A stretch of DNA of 35,658 nucleotides from an uncultured archaeon (GTDB lineage Archaea > Asgardarchaeota > Thorarchaeia > Thorarchaeales > Thorarchaeaceae). A program made the position numbers and the translations under genes. The DNA is taken from NCBI GenBank assembly GCA_964590575.1, contig CAZPWM010000029.1, positions 1-35,658 on the forward strand, in the 5' to 3' direction. The notes under the pieces were generated by a model. The model worked only from the letters and a program-made list of their open reading frames with translations. It did not search any database and had not been told where the DNA came from. Shown here piece after piece: positions 8,014 through 19,200 of this stretch. Numbering within the stretch: position 1 is the stretch's first letter; every line of letters begins with the position of its first letter.

Positions 8014-8313
8014 ATGGTCAGAGCGATTTGGGAAACAGAGAGAGGAATATTGGTTCGAGTCGTTGTGCGACCCAATTCAAAAGAAAACAAGTTCATTGCT
8101 GAAGTAACTCAAGAGGAAATTCATATCAACTTGAAAGGACCAGCAAGAGAGGGAAAAGCCAATTCTGAATTGTTGAAGAAACTGGCGAAGAAACTGAACA
8201 TATCTACAGCGGATATCAGTCTAGTCGCTGGACATAAATCAAAAGAGAAAACCTTGTTGATTGTCGGCATAGATGCAGAAGAGATATCTAACAGACTCGC
8301 GGATGTGACATAG
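8014..8313 (+). CDS. DUF167/YggU (UPF0235) family protein
   Basis: VRPNS...PAREGKANSELLKKLAK...GHKSKEK. The ATG at 8014 fits the usual family length; the ORF track start is 7966. Confidence 0.9.
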   Translation: MVRAIWETERGILVRVVVRPNSKENKFIAEVTQEEIHINLKGPAREGKANSELLKKLAKKLNISTADISLVAGHKSKEKTLLIVGIDAEEISNRLADVT

Positions 8314-8395
8314 GCAGTTAAATATTGGATATAGAAGAATTCTTCCTCTACACAAATTGATTCTAAGTTTGTAATCCACCCGGAGATAAATTGCA

Positions 8396-10942
8396 GTGAT
8401 GAAAATAGACCGGACTACATTTCTGGGAGCCACATACGTAGTGGGTCTTGTTCTGGTCGCTTTGGCAATGAGCTCAGGGCGGTTCTTACATCCTGATGTC
8501 ATCATCACACTAGTTTTTGAGATGGCACTTCTCTATTTCTCGATATTTAGAGCACCACTCAAAAGAAATGAAATAGGAATAATGATCCTCCTTGCAATAG
8601 CCTATTTTACGCTTAGCATATTATTGGGAATCTTTTCAGATATGGTAATAGTAGCTATAGGTGGTGTTGCCATTTATGTCGCTATGACAATCAGAGTTAA
8701 GCTCGACACAACAAAAGCACTACTCGGAGGTCTTTATTCAGCAGGCATTTTCTATACGCTATTTCTTGTAGCACTTGGCAGAGGATTTGATCCGGATGTT
8801 TTTGGAGCGCTCGCTCTCGAGGTAATACTTCTCTATATGTCCCTCATGAAACAACCACCTGACAAGAAGGAACTTGCGGCGATCAGTACACTGATCATAA
8901 TCTATTTTGCGCTCAGCATTGCATTCATGTTTTTCTCTGAAGTAGTCCTCTGGGTGCTTGGCAGCCTTGCTCTGTATGGGGTTATTAGAGCCGAACCGAA
9001 ATTTCCCCTTACCAAACGAGCTATTGGAACAGGACTAATTGTTGGCGTGATAATGACCTTCATGGGTATTTATCTCGCTTTGAAGATTGGCCTAGTGTTT
9101 CTAGTCGGGGCAGAAATGCTAGGAGCACTATTCCTTGGTATAAAAGGCAGATACACTAGAGAAGAGAATACCGTGGTTGTGACTATTGCCAATACTTCCT
9201 CAATAGTAGCAATTGGTGTCATGTTGACGTATCCAGCTATCGCAATTTTCGAACCTTTGAACCCGCTTTTCAACACAAGTCTTGCAGCCTATGATCCCAC
9301 TGTGACCCTCATCTTCATCATGTTCACGACCGGCATCAGTGCATTTTTTGGAATCATTCTGCTTGCACCCTTTAGAAGCAGATTCAAGGATGAGCCTTGG
9401 CCTCATGTGCGACCTCAAGCTGAGTGTATTAATTCAATCGGTAGTGATGCTGAGTCAAGAAAAGCTGTAGCTATGGGACTGGTCGCATCAGGAGCTTGGG
9501 TAGGGACAACAAAGGTTGTCGAAGGTGTCAGTGGAACAACGCTAAGCACAGTGCCAAATGCGTTAGTTCCGATTGTTCCTGTATTCAGTGCCATTCCAGA
9601 TTGGATTGGTCTAAGCAACTCGCCCATGATTGCAGGTATTGGTTTTTTCGTCGGATGGAAACGAGCGCTTGTGATGGTAATGGGAAGTGTGCTTTCCATT
9701 CTGATTTGGATTTTCCTTGAAGGTGCTGATGGATCTATCCTTTATGCGTCACATCTAAAGAGACCTGAGATATTGTACGTAGCTCTTGGCATCTTTGTCA
9801 CAGTGATACTTGGAGATGTATTAGGCTCAAAAGAAGAGAAGAATCTAGCTCCAGAGGAAATCCAAGAGAAGATGAAGACATCAGATGATGGAGCAGTAAT
9901 AGTAGATACACCACATAAAACTAGTGACTTGTCAAGTGTTCTAAGAGTCAAAGAAGAACTATTCTCAATTGAAACCTTCAAAGAAGAGGTTCGACAAATC
10001 ATAGAGAACCCTAGAGAATACATGCGTTCAAGGAGAGGAAGAATACCACCATGGATAGCATTTGTATCACTGGGCTTATTCATGATCGTAGGTGTATTGG
10101 TGTTCTGGTTCATTAAACCATTTATGGAAAGTCAGACAACGCCGCTCGAGATTCATTGGCTCTTGATTGTATTTGGTACACCATTAACTCTTGTATCAGC
10201 CTATTTCACTGCGAGAGCAATAAGTGAAACCGGAATGCTTGCTGGGTACATTTCAGATATTATCGCCATTCCAGCAATTCTATTCTTCAAAGTTACATTT
10301 TCTGCAATCACTACATTCATGGGAATGCTTGGGGCAATTCAGGATGCTGCAATTGCGCTTCTGGTTCACCTAAGGCTAGGAAGATTAACAGGAGTTCGTG
10401 GGAGAAACATCACAAAGGCAGTCTTCATAGGAACTATGCTTGGCACGACTGTCGGTTCAATGATTACTTTTCAGATTTTCAGTAGGTATGGTTTTGGTAC
10501 AACTGACTTTCCCAGCCCGGCGGCGCAGCTTTTCGGATTCCTTGTGTTGAGTATTCAAGGATTAGGTGACAACTTTCAATTACCTGGGGTAAGTCAATTA
10601 GGAGGTAATGAAATACTTGCTTTTCTATATCTGATTGCTTGGGGAGTAGGTGGATTCCTTGCTGGCAGAGAATTGAACAAAAGAGGTCTGAGTCCCATTA
10701 GCCTTGTTGTAGGAGTGTTAGTTCCACCAGCGACATCAGCAACCCTTCTCATTGGTGCGTATATCAGCCACAAAACCAAACAAATACAGAAACCAATTCC
10801 TCATTCCGATCATTTACCACAACCAGTTGAAGTTTATGAAGCAGGCTACACCAAAACGAGTCGATTACTAAGTGGTGTCGTCGCGGGAGAAGCTGTTGTA
10901 ACTGTGATTTGGGTTCTGGTGAGTGCATTTATCTTCTTTTAG
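8396..10942 (+). CDS. OPT/YSL family oligopeptide transporter with an N-terminal membrane extension
   Basis: LTKRAIGTG...YLALKIG...EENTVVVTIA, RAISETG, FPSPAA and SGVVAGEA motifs. Confidence 0.85.
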   Translation: MMKIDRTTFLGATYVVGLVLVALAMSSGRFLHPDVIITLVFEMALLYFSIFRAPLKRNEIGIMILLAIAYFTLSILLGIFSDMVIVAIGGVAIYVAMTIRVKLDTTKALLGGLYSAGIFYTLFLVALGRGFDPDVFGALALEVILLYMSLMKQPPDKKELAAISTLIIIYFALSIAFMFFSEVVLWVLGSLALYGVIRAEPKFPLTKRAIGTGLIVGVIMTFMGIYLALKIGLVFLVGAEMLGALFLGIKGRYTREENTVVVTIANTSSIVAIGVMLTYPAIAIFEPLNPLFNTSLAAYDPTVTLIFIMFTTGISAFFGIILLAPFRSRFKDEPWPHVRPQAECINSIGSDAESRKAVAMGLVASGAWVGTTKVVEGVSGTTLSTVPNALVPIVPVFSAIPDWIGLSNSPMIAGIGFFVGWKRALVMVMGSVLSILIWIFLEGADGSILYASHLKRPEILYVALGIFVTVILGDVLGSKEEKNLAPEEIQEKMKTSDDGAVIVDTPHKTSDLSSVLRVKEELFSIETFKEEVRQIIENPREYMRSRRGRIPPWIAFVSLGLFMIVGVLVFWFIKPFMESQTTPLEIHWLLIVFGTPLTLVSAYFTARAISETGMLAGYISDIIAIPAILFFKVTFSAITTFMGMLGAIQDAAIALLVHLRLGRLTGVRGRNITKAVFIGTMLGTTVGSMITFQIFSRYGFGTTDFPSPAAQLFGFLVLSIQGLGDNFQLPGVSQLGGNEILAFLYLIAWGVGGFLAGRELNKRGLSPISLVVGVLVPPATSATLLIGAYISHKTKQIQKPIPHSDHLPQPVEVYEAGYTKTSRLLSGVVAGEAVVTVIWVLVSAFIFF

Positions 10943-11046
10943 CTGTGCTTGTCGACATGTCCTGCAAGTAGTTGTAGAAAATTCCATCTAGATGGCCATT
11001 GGTCAGAATGACGCTCTTCGACAGTGAAGTGTTCCACCGTTGGACT

Positions 11047-12435
11047 CTACCGTTTGTAGGTATCCTCAAGAGCCTTATCCCATTCGTCCACTTCTGACTC
11101 ATCACCCTTACGCTTTTTCCTAGCCTTGGCTCGAGCTCTACGGGCTTTCTCAGTTTCTTTTCTTTTTCTGGCTAAATCCTTCTTCCGCTTCTCCATCGCT
11201 TCCTTTTCTTCCTTTGTGAGCATTTCTTTCTCAACGACTTCACGCTTTGACAGCCAACTAATGAGGGCTGCAGCGAATGGAAAAACTCCAACAATAGGAA
11301 CAAGGAATAAAACTACGATCTCGGGTTGGAGCATCTCAACACTGTTCTCTATGCCAATTGGAAGATTAAGCAAAAGTCGAATAACATTGGGACTCATAAG
11401 TATGAACGATACTGCAACGACCGTAAGGAACCGAATTGCAGAACCAGTGATAGCAGAACCAATAACATATGATGAAGAAGGGGCAGCTGCTTTGGCAGTT
11501 AGTTCGTCCCGGGCTCTTGAATCACTCTGGAGCAGCTCGTCAACGTAAATCTGTAAGCGACGGACATCTGAAACAGCATCCAAACTTTCGAGCGCAGATT
11601 GACTTCCCATCACCTTTCGTTCCATTGCCTCTCTAAGGAATGAAAATGCAGTGGCACCTGTTGAACGACTCATACCAGTTGTGCTTACTTTCTCTCCTCG
11701 TTCAATTGCGTCTTGTTTCCTTGTGGCTTGACGCAATGCCAACAGTTGTTTCTTGAGTGTTTCTTCTCTATCTTCGACAGGTTTTCCAACTGATGAACTA
11801 TAAATCATTTGATAACTTACTTCAAGATATGCGAAGGACACGAACGCAAGAATCTGACCTTGTGTTAGAAAGAACTCCATGAAATCAGCTGGGAAAGGAC
11901 TAATATCGGGGACAATGAGGTGTCTGAAGGCTGCAAGAATCACTATAGCTTGAATTGAAATGAATGCCCCACCAACGAACCTATGGTCCATTCTAACGAG
12001 TGATTGAAGGAACAACGCTATACCTATTCCCGCACAGAGGAAGTATAGGAACAGAAATGTGTTGTTCCAGAGAGCTACTAGAACATTACCCAGGTTCATC
12101 TGAAATGATGCCCAGACTTGTTGAATATTGGTCAATGGGTCTGCTAGCCCATATGGTTGCATGTACCAAGTCCTGAGGACGAGTGTGTTGTAGAGACCCA
12201 CTATCACATTTTCCGGAAGTGCACCACCAGTAAAAGCACTGACAAGACCACTTACCATTGTCGTTGCAAGGAAGAACACTATCAAAGACAACATGCGAAA
12301 CACTGTGACAACGAATTCATAGGGAACGGCCCAGTGCCAGATGTCATTAGGGTTAAGAATATCATAAACTAGGAATGCCATGTAAGCAAACGTAGCAATG
12401 GATGCGATTCGAAGAATCCAGGTGACCACTTTCAA
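11047..12435 (-). CDS. Multi-pass membrane protein, last gene of the MoxR operon
   Basis: Several TM segments, a helical loop and a K/R/E-rich C-terminal tail; overlaps the DUF58 gene by 4 nt. Confidence 0.8.
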   Translation of the reverse strand: MKVVTWILRIASIATFAYMAFLVYDILNPNDIWHWAVPYEFVVTVFRMLSLIVFFLATTMVSGLVSAFTGGALPENVIVGLYNTLVLRTWYMQPYGLADPLTNIQQVWASFQMNLGNVLVALWNNTFLFLYFLCAGIGIALFLQSLVRMDHRFVGGAFISIQAIVILAAFRHLIVPDISPFPADFMEFFLTQGQILAFVSFAYLEVSYQMIYSSSVGKPVEDREETLKKQLLALRQATRKQDAIERGEKVSTTGMSRSTGATAFSFLREAMERKVMGSQSALESLDAVSDVRRLQIYVDELLQSDSRARDELTAKAAAPSSSYVIGSAITGSAIRFLTVVAVSFILMSPNVIRLLLNLPIGIENSVEMLQPEIVVLFLVPIVGVFPFAAALISWLSKREVVEKEMLTKEEKEAMEKRKKDLARKRKETEKARRARAKARKKRKGDESEVDEWDKALEDTYKR

Positions 12436-13754
12436 AATGTTGCCACCCCCCGTTGTTTTGCTTGTTCGTATGATCGGATAATTGTGGGCAGAAAATCTTC
12501 AGGCCCGACATTGATGACATTTATTCCAAATCTGGAGAGGGCTCGGGCTATCTTATTCCGACGCTCCCAGAGCTCTTCAGAAACTGCTTCAGAAAGCACC
12601 TTCTCTACTGGTCCAAATTGACCAACTGGTGCTTCAAACCATGGACCAAAGGGACTGATTACAAGAGATTTGTGACCATTCGCTACTAGGGTCTTCATTG
12701 CGTTAAGAAGTGGTGCAGGGCTCCTTTCAAGATCGGTCAGCCAGATGATTAGCGAGCGCTTCTTACTCTGTGTCACAACATGTGCAATAGCGGTTTCATA
12801 GTCACTCCACCCCTTAGGTTCTGCCATTGCCAGAACTTCAAGGACATCATACATGTGGTTAGGTTGTGTTCCAGGAGGAATGTATCCATGTACAATGTCA
12901 CTAAAGACACATGTACCAACAAGATCTTTCCTTTCAACACCCATGTGAGTGAGGAGGACAGCCGCTCGAATTGCATACTCAAGCTTTGTGTTTTCAGGGT
13001 AGCCGTTCCCCATGCTGCCACTGGTGTCAACCATACAAATTATTTGCACATTCTTTTCTTGTTCCCACTGTTTTACTACCATATCACCGCGCTTGGCACT
13101 GGCTTTCCAATCAATGAGTCTAAATTCATCACCGGGAACATATTCTCTAAAACCTGCGAAATCAGTACCCATTCCTACTGTTTTAGTACGATGGGCACCG
13201 AACATGAGACCAAGCTGTCTTTGCTTTGCAAATGACTCCAGTCGACGAACATCTTTCCAAGTTGGGTAGACCAAAACCTCAGTTTGTTCTTTCAGAATTC
13301 TCTTGTAATAATGTAGTCCAAGTCTGTCACGCATAATGACCTCAGTGGGACCTAGAAAATAACGACCACGCATTCGGGCTTGAAGAATGTACGAGAAGGT
13401 CATGCTGCTTCCAGGTTCAATCCTAGAGGCAATGAAGTTCTCACCAATTGCTAGAATCCAAGTTTCTGGATATTGGTCATGAACCTCAATGAAATCAAAA
13501 TGGCGTCGTGACACATTTCGGATTGTGACTCGCACCCGTAGGAAATCTCCAGAGAACACTTTCACTTTGTCGATTTGACGATCAACTTCAATACCAGCCA
13601 GATTGGCTGTCAACGCAAAGAGAGGCAACGTGACAACTAGACCAATCACACAATAGACTCCAAGAAGAACGAGGTAGAAGTTGATGAAGGAGAAACCACT
13701 AGTTAGTAGTAAGACTCCTGCGAACACTACCACGAAGCCTCTTTGCGTTATCAA
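12432..13754 (-). CDS. DUF58 / vWA domain protein
   Basis: REYVPGDEFRLIDWKASAK, MIDAS DTSGSM, and two N-terminal TM helices. Confidence 0.92.
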   Translation of the reverse strand: MITQRGFVVVFAGVLLLTSGFSFINFYLVLLGVYCVIGLVVTLPLFALTANLAGIEVDRQIDKVKVFSGDFLRVRVTIRNVSRRHFDFIEVHDQYPETWILAIGENFIASRIEPGSSMTFSYILQARMRGRYFLGPTEVIMRDRLGLHYYKRILKEQTEVLVYPTWKDVRRLESFAKQRQLGLMFGAHRTKTVGMGTDFAGFREYVPGDEFRLIDWKASAKRGDMVVKQWEQEKNVQIICMVDTSGSMGNGYPENTKLEYAIRAAVLLTHMGVERKDLVGTCVFSDIVHGYIPPGTQPNHMYDVLEVLAMAEPKGWSDYETAIAHVVTQSKKRSLIIWLTDLERSPAPLLNAMKTLVANGHKSLVISPFGPWFEAPVGQFGPVEKVLSEAVSEELWERRNKIARALSRFGINVINVGPEDFLPTIIRSYEQAKQRGVATF

Positions 13755-13797
13755 TTCATATCGTCCCCATCTAGCTTTTCATATGATTTTGTCGAAA

Positions 13798-14787
13798 CTA
13801 CTTCGGACAATCAGTTTCTCCGAGAATCTTAGTCACTACACGTTCCACGGTCAAACCTTCAAGCTCAGCCTCAGGCTTTAGGATGAGTCTATGATTCAGG
13901 GCTTGTACCGTGAGTCGACGAACATCCTCGGGGATGACGTAGTCTCTTCCGAGCATAGTAGCACGTGCTTTTGATGCATTCATGAGTACAAGTGATGCTC
14001 GTGGGGAACCTCCAAGTAGGATTTGTGGGTCATTTCGTGTGCGAACAACGATATCACGGATATAATTGATGACATCTTCTTCAATGAATACTGTTCTACA
14101 TGTGTTCTGCATTCTGACCATAGCAGCAGGATCCGCGAGAACACTCAAATCAGTAGCTTCACCAAGATGTTTTCTACGAATGACTTCAGCTTCATCCTGA
14201 TCTGTAGGATAGCCCAGTATCAGACGAAACATGAATCTATCAAGTTGCGCCTCTGGTAGGGGATATGTACCCTCCTGCTCCACTGGATTCTGGGTAGCAA
14301 TTATAAGAAATGGCTTCGGGAGCTTACGGGTCACACCCTCTATTGATACCTGTCGTTCTTCCATCACTTCGAGTAATGCACTCTGTGACTTGGGAGGACA
14401 CCTATTGATTTCATCAGCTAAGACAAGGTTCGAAAATACCGGTCCCTTTCTGAACCAGAACTCACCTGTTCGTTGGTTGAACACATTACTCCCCAGCAAG
14501 TCAGCTGGAAGTGTGTCTACTGTAAGCTGTATTCTTTTGAATGCGCAGCCCAGAATAGACGCAAATGTTCGAGCCATGTAAGTTTTAGCGATGCCAGGTA
14601 CACCTTCAAGTACAACATGACCATTTGAGAGGAAAGCGATTAGAACATCACGTAAGATGTCCTCTTTCCCTACGATTATGCGACTGCATTCTCGAATGAT
14701 ATCACTCGTGAGCTTATGTACCTCGTCAATCGACATGGTCGCTGAGGTATCAAAGGCCACAGTGTCGTTCGTATCTTCAGTTGTCAA
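13798..14787 (-). CDS. moxR: MoxR family AAA+ ATPase
   Basis: GHVVLEGVPGIAKT, LADEINR, ATQNPVEQEGTYPLPEAQLDRF and GGSPRA. Confidence 0.95.
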   Translation of the reverse strand: MTTEDTNDTVAFDTSATMSIDEVHKLTSDIIRECSRIIVGKEDILRDVLIAFLSNGHVVLEGVPGIAKTYMARTFASILGCAFKRIQLTVDTLPADLLGSNVFNQRTGEFWFRKGPVFSNLVLADEINRCPPKSQSALLEVMEERQVSIEGVTRKLPKPFLIIATQNPVEQEGTYPLPEAQLDRFMFRLILGYPTDQDEAEVIRRKHLGEATDLSVLADPAAMVRMQNTCRTVFIEEDVINYIRDIVVRTRNDPQILLGGSPRASLVLMNASKARATMLGRDYVIPEDVRRLTVQALNHRLILKPEAELEGLTVERVVTKILGETDCPK

Positions 14788-14795
14788 TTTTTATT

Positions 14796-16202
14796 CTACC
14801 TCTTTTTTGTGTCTATCATATGTGATTGGATATTACGCATGAAGAAGAAGAGCTCCATCATCTCATTCTCCTTTATCTTGATGCTCGGATTTGCTGAAAT
14901 CTCCTCAACTCGTGAGATTACTCTGAAAAACTCAGTTTCTTTCAGCGTTGGGTCCTTATAGTGCATTGTTTCCCATACTTTCTTGGAATCATATTCACTC
15001 CATTGTTGGGTCCTTCGTAATTCGCGCCGCAAACGGCGATATAACATCTTGACTACTCTTGCATAATTGCCTTCAGTCCGATAATACGTCATCCGTTCGC
15101 TGAAATATGTCTGCCCTCTTCGAAGGAATACATCTGAAACACTCTTGACTTCAGGCTTCTTTATCTCTGGCAAGTATTTCTTGATTCCCAGGGTTGTGAC
15201 GAGAGGATAAGCAGCCGACAAAATGGGTAATGATGAGAGCCATAGGACCCTTCCTAGGTATAGTCCAAAGAAGAATTCACTCTGCCACCATGGAATTTCA
15301 AGAAGCTGCTCACAGAATAATATAGGCTGGCTTGCATCACCATGTGATAGCCATTGGATTACATTGTCACCAAATTGACGATTTCCGGGAAATCTACCCC
15401 ACATGTCATTGTTGAATATGCTAGGATCACTGACTGCGACCAAGCGCCCACCATTGGGGTTGTCAGTCGTTGAGAGATCGATTGCTCCAACTACTGGAAG
15501 ACTGCCAGCCAATGATAACTCTTCAGGAGTATCAGGTTCAGGTGAGGGGTCTGTGATGTTTGTTTCACACCAAGACCTAGGTGTTGTCCAAGCAATGCCA
15601 CTCCTGCCAAGAAGGCAAAACGGATTGATGGCTGATGCCCAATTAAGATGAAGCTCAGTCACTCCAGCTGTTAGTGCTCCACCATCAAGACCAGCTCTGA
15701 AGTCCCTGATGATTGGTAGCCTAGGCTCTTTAGTAGTGTCATAGGAATCCAAATCAAGCAGAACTCCGTCTATGAACGATAAGAGTCCTTGAGTAGTATT
15801 GTCAGGTACGAACGAGTCCATCAAGGTGTTCAGCACACCCAGCGATGAAGTTGAAGACCCAAAGTCATCTGCAATGAGCACACCACCACCAGCCATTAGA
15901 TGCGTAAAGATGACTAATACTGCATCAAGGCTGAAGTCCCTAACAGGCCCCATGATAACAATCACTGCAGACCCGTTGTACCGCGAAGCCACACTCATGC
16001 TTGCTTGAATGGACATCACATCTCGACCGTTGCTTTCAATATTATTCGAGAACTGGCTGAGACCGGAATAAGATTCATTGTATATGGAAAAGTCGTAGTT
16101 ATAGGTAGCTTCTGCACCAACCAATGTACTTCCTGCTAGAATACCCACTGGAATCCATGCTAAGATGAATAAGATGACTTGAAAGGTCTCTTTCCAGCCC
16201 AT
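14796..16202 (-). CDS. DUF4350-like membrane-anchored protein
   Basis: FSIYNESYSGLSQF, GGGVLIADDFG and GRLVAVSDPSIFNNDM; N-terminal signal/TM and a later TM helix. Confidence 0.8.
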   Translation of the reverse strand: MGWKETFQVILFILAWIPVGILAGSTLVGAEATYNYDFSIYNESYSGLSQFSNNIESNGRDVMSIQASMSVASRYNGSAVIVIMGPVRDFSLDAVLVIFTHLMAGGGVLIADDFGSSTSSLGVLNTLMDSFVPDNTTQGLLSFIDGVLLDLDSYDTTKEPRLPIIRDFRAGLDGGALTAGVTELHLNWASAINPFCLLGRSGIAWTTPRSWCETNITDPSPEPDTPEELSLAGSLPVVGAIDLSTTDNPNGGRLVAVSDPSIFNNDMWGRFPGNRQFGDNVIQWLSHGDASQPILFCEQLLEIPWWQSEFFFGLYLGRVLWLSSLPILSAAYPLVTTLGIKKYLPEIKKPEVKSVSDVFLRRGQTYFSERMTYYRTEGNYARVVKMLYRRLRRELRRTQQWSEYDSKKVWETMHYKDPTLKETEFFRVISRVEEISANPSIKIKENEMMELFFFMRNIQSHMIDTKKR

Positions 16203-16220
16203 TCGTATCTCTCCGTTATC

Positions 16221-19200
16221 TCACTCTATGGTAGCAGTTGAATCTATTCTGGGATAGATGTCAGTGAAGATTCTCACAGCCTCCTCATACCTCTCACGAG
16301 TCATCTCGTGATGTGAGAAGCGAGCCTCTTCGTATGTCTGTACGAATTGTTCGACAGTTGCACCATCGAGGGGAAGTGTCTGTAGGACCCGATCCAGAAA
16401 CTCGCGAGCTGTCTCGGAATGAGCCCGCTCAGAGCCTATCTTTGTCCCACACATTTGCTCGAAGGTACGATACGCAAGAGTGATAGAAGCACCGTACTTT
16501 CCAGCATCTGCAAGTTTCTTGATATTTCGTAATTTGGTCGAGATATCAAGTCCTCTCGAAATTACAGGACTGCGAAACATTCCTTTTACTATGTACAGGT
16601 ACGCCAGAACAGCGACGACTGCACCTATAAGCAAGATACTTGCTATGAGTAAATCTGTTCCTTGCAATGGGTTACCACCTGCTGTTTGTATATTAATTGT
16701 GAAAATATTGGATTGAATATTACCAACTTCAGTTGATATGAGTGTGATTCTGATATTAATTACAGTTCCATCAGGTTGCGCGGCTACGTTATGTGTAAAT
16801 TGCCCGCGTACATCTGTGGTGAAATAGGGATTGACATCGGTACCATTGAAATTCAGCAGCGCTTGACGGAACATTATGAGATTCCCTGCGGTGTCTCGGA
16901 GTGTGCACTCAATTATGAACGGTTGACCTGGGTCAACCCTGAGGGGAATTAGAGAGAACACAACGTCAGTGAATACATGAACAGAATTATCCGAAATAGA
17001 CGAATCGGAATCTATGAATGAAGCACCGCTAAAGTCAGCGGTTATGTTGAAGAGTCCATCACCTTCATCCCAAGAGAAGGGTACTACTAGCACAAATCTC
17101 TCTGGGAACGGACCACTAAGAAGAAGGTCGGTAAGATATGTAGTACCGAGATAGATAGAAACCGATTCTCCAAATAAGGGGTTGCTATCATCATCATATA
17201 GTTCAACATCCATTGAGAAGGTTTCACCAGGCAATATTGCGATTTGATTTGTTTGAACGCTGACATGTGAATCAATGAAGACGAGAATCGTCCATACTGT
17301 TGGGCCATTCCTTAGTTCATGAAATGTCGAAGTGACAGCCACACTGATGAGGTACGAGCCTCGGGGTTGAAATGTGGGTACTAGAAGAGAAATGGAATAA
17401 CTGCCATCCCCAGCTGTGATAGCTGTAAAGCCCGTAAATCCACCATCAACCAAGACCTCTACTGTGACACCATCGGCCGCGGATCCATCATCATTGAGAA
17501 CATCTCCTGTAACAACTATAGTTTCACCTCTGCCTACGATGTTATCAACTGGTTCAGGGTCCATAAAGACATCTACGCGTTCGATGACTGTGACATCGTT
17601 GAAGAACTCAAGTGTATCAAGATCACCCCAAGCAATCGATGGTGCTCTGAACAAAGCATATCCTGACAGGACACCAATATCATTACTGTAAGGTACTGGA
17701 TGAGGATAACTGAATGCACCTAGAACAGGATCACTAATGGTGAAGTTGGCGACAAGGTTTCCGCCCCACCAAATCTCGATATTATATCCAAACAGGGGAG
17801 TAGTATTAGTGAACTGCAGAGTTCCTGAGAAGGTCAGAGTGCCTCCCAAGTAAACCACTGCTAGGTCCACAGCCGTAGTGATAGATGCCTGGTAGATATC
17901 AACTGTGATTGGTACAACTGGAGACTCTCCAAATGTGGCGTAACCAACAGGGTCTATGTAAGCCCAAACATGTTGCACATAGGTAAGAAGATCAAGGTCA
18001 TCTGGAATATCAAAGAAGATAGTGAATCTACCGCTCCCGTCAGTCGTAAAATCGTTGACTATAATCCCATTTGCAGTAGAATAATAGTCACCCCAATAGA
18101 TGTCCAAAGGTAAGTCTGCGTATGGAGTTCCGTTGTCCCACACCACCCTACCAGATATGTTCAATGTTTGATCCAGATAGATGGTAGTAGGAGTCACTAA
18201 GAACTCGGTAAATTGAGGTTCCGGTGCAATGACATTAATCGGCAGAAAAACTGTGGAGGTATTAGCTATCCAAGGATAAAGAGAATTAAACTCGATAAGG
18301 AGGTCATAGGACCCGGGAGAGAGAGTTCCTGGAATGACCCAGTTCAGATTGAAGGAACCATCTGATGCTGTGATATCAGTAGCTCGTGTAATTCCGAAAA
18401 GTGTTAGCTCGACGGTAACACCACCATAAGGAATACTTCCATTCACGTATTCAAGATTTCCAGTTGCAACAACAGTTTCACCAATTCTGTATGGACCCAC
18501 TGGAAGAATGATATTTGTGAATGTGGTCTGCCACTGAATCAGTGTGAGGATGTTATGGACCGACTCACTCGATGCAAAAAAGACAGTACCTGCATAATTA
18601 CCATAGACCTCAATATTAGTCCTGATAGAGTCCCAGCTCATTCCTGAGTAGGACAAATTACCCTGACCAGACACATCTGTTATGATGCTACCTAAGAAAG
18701 TGAGGGTTCCATTGTCCCAATATATTGGAACTGTGGCTCCTGAAAAATCGGTTCCATTGTGTGCAAAGTAAGCATGAACATAGACAGTGAGAGTGCCGTT
18801 TTGCATGATAGAGTTCGAATTGATTGTCACATCGAGATTAATCGTGTACTTTACTCGTGTGATGTCAAAGTAAGCGATAGTATCATTGATCAGAGGATTT
18901 GTACTGGTATAATTAACACGGAAGTAGACAATTCCTTCATTGTATGTTGCAAAGTTGAGTGGGGTGAGAAATCCTCCAGTTGAATTTGTTAGAGAATTGT
19001 CAAGATCAATCCAACCTCCACCACCCCAATAGGATACATACACCATTTCACCTACTAACGGCGGAGCTCCACCAACATAAGAAAGTACACCCTGAACATC
19101 AAAAGCTGTTTCATCGACATAGAGTTGGGTTGGGACTGTTAGCGTTATCTCAGTGTAGTATCGTTGAAGTTGTATCTGTGGAGCAACAGAGCTGAATGCA

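Noticed and set aside
10984-10995. Palindrome CCATCTAGATGG between convergent genes
   Set aside because: It is short, single and has no loop or U-tract; compatible with chance.
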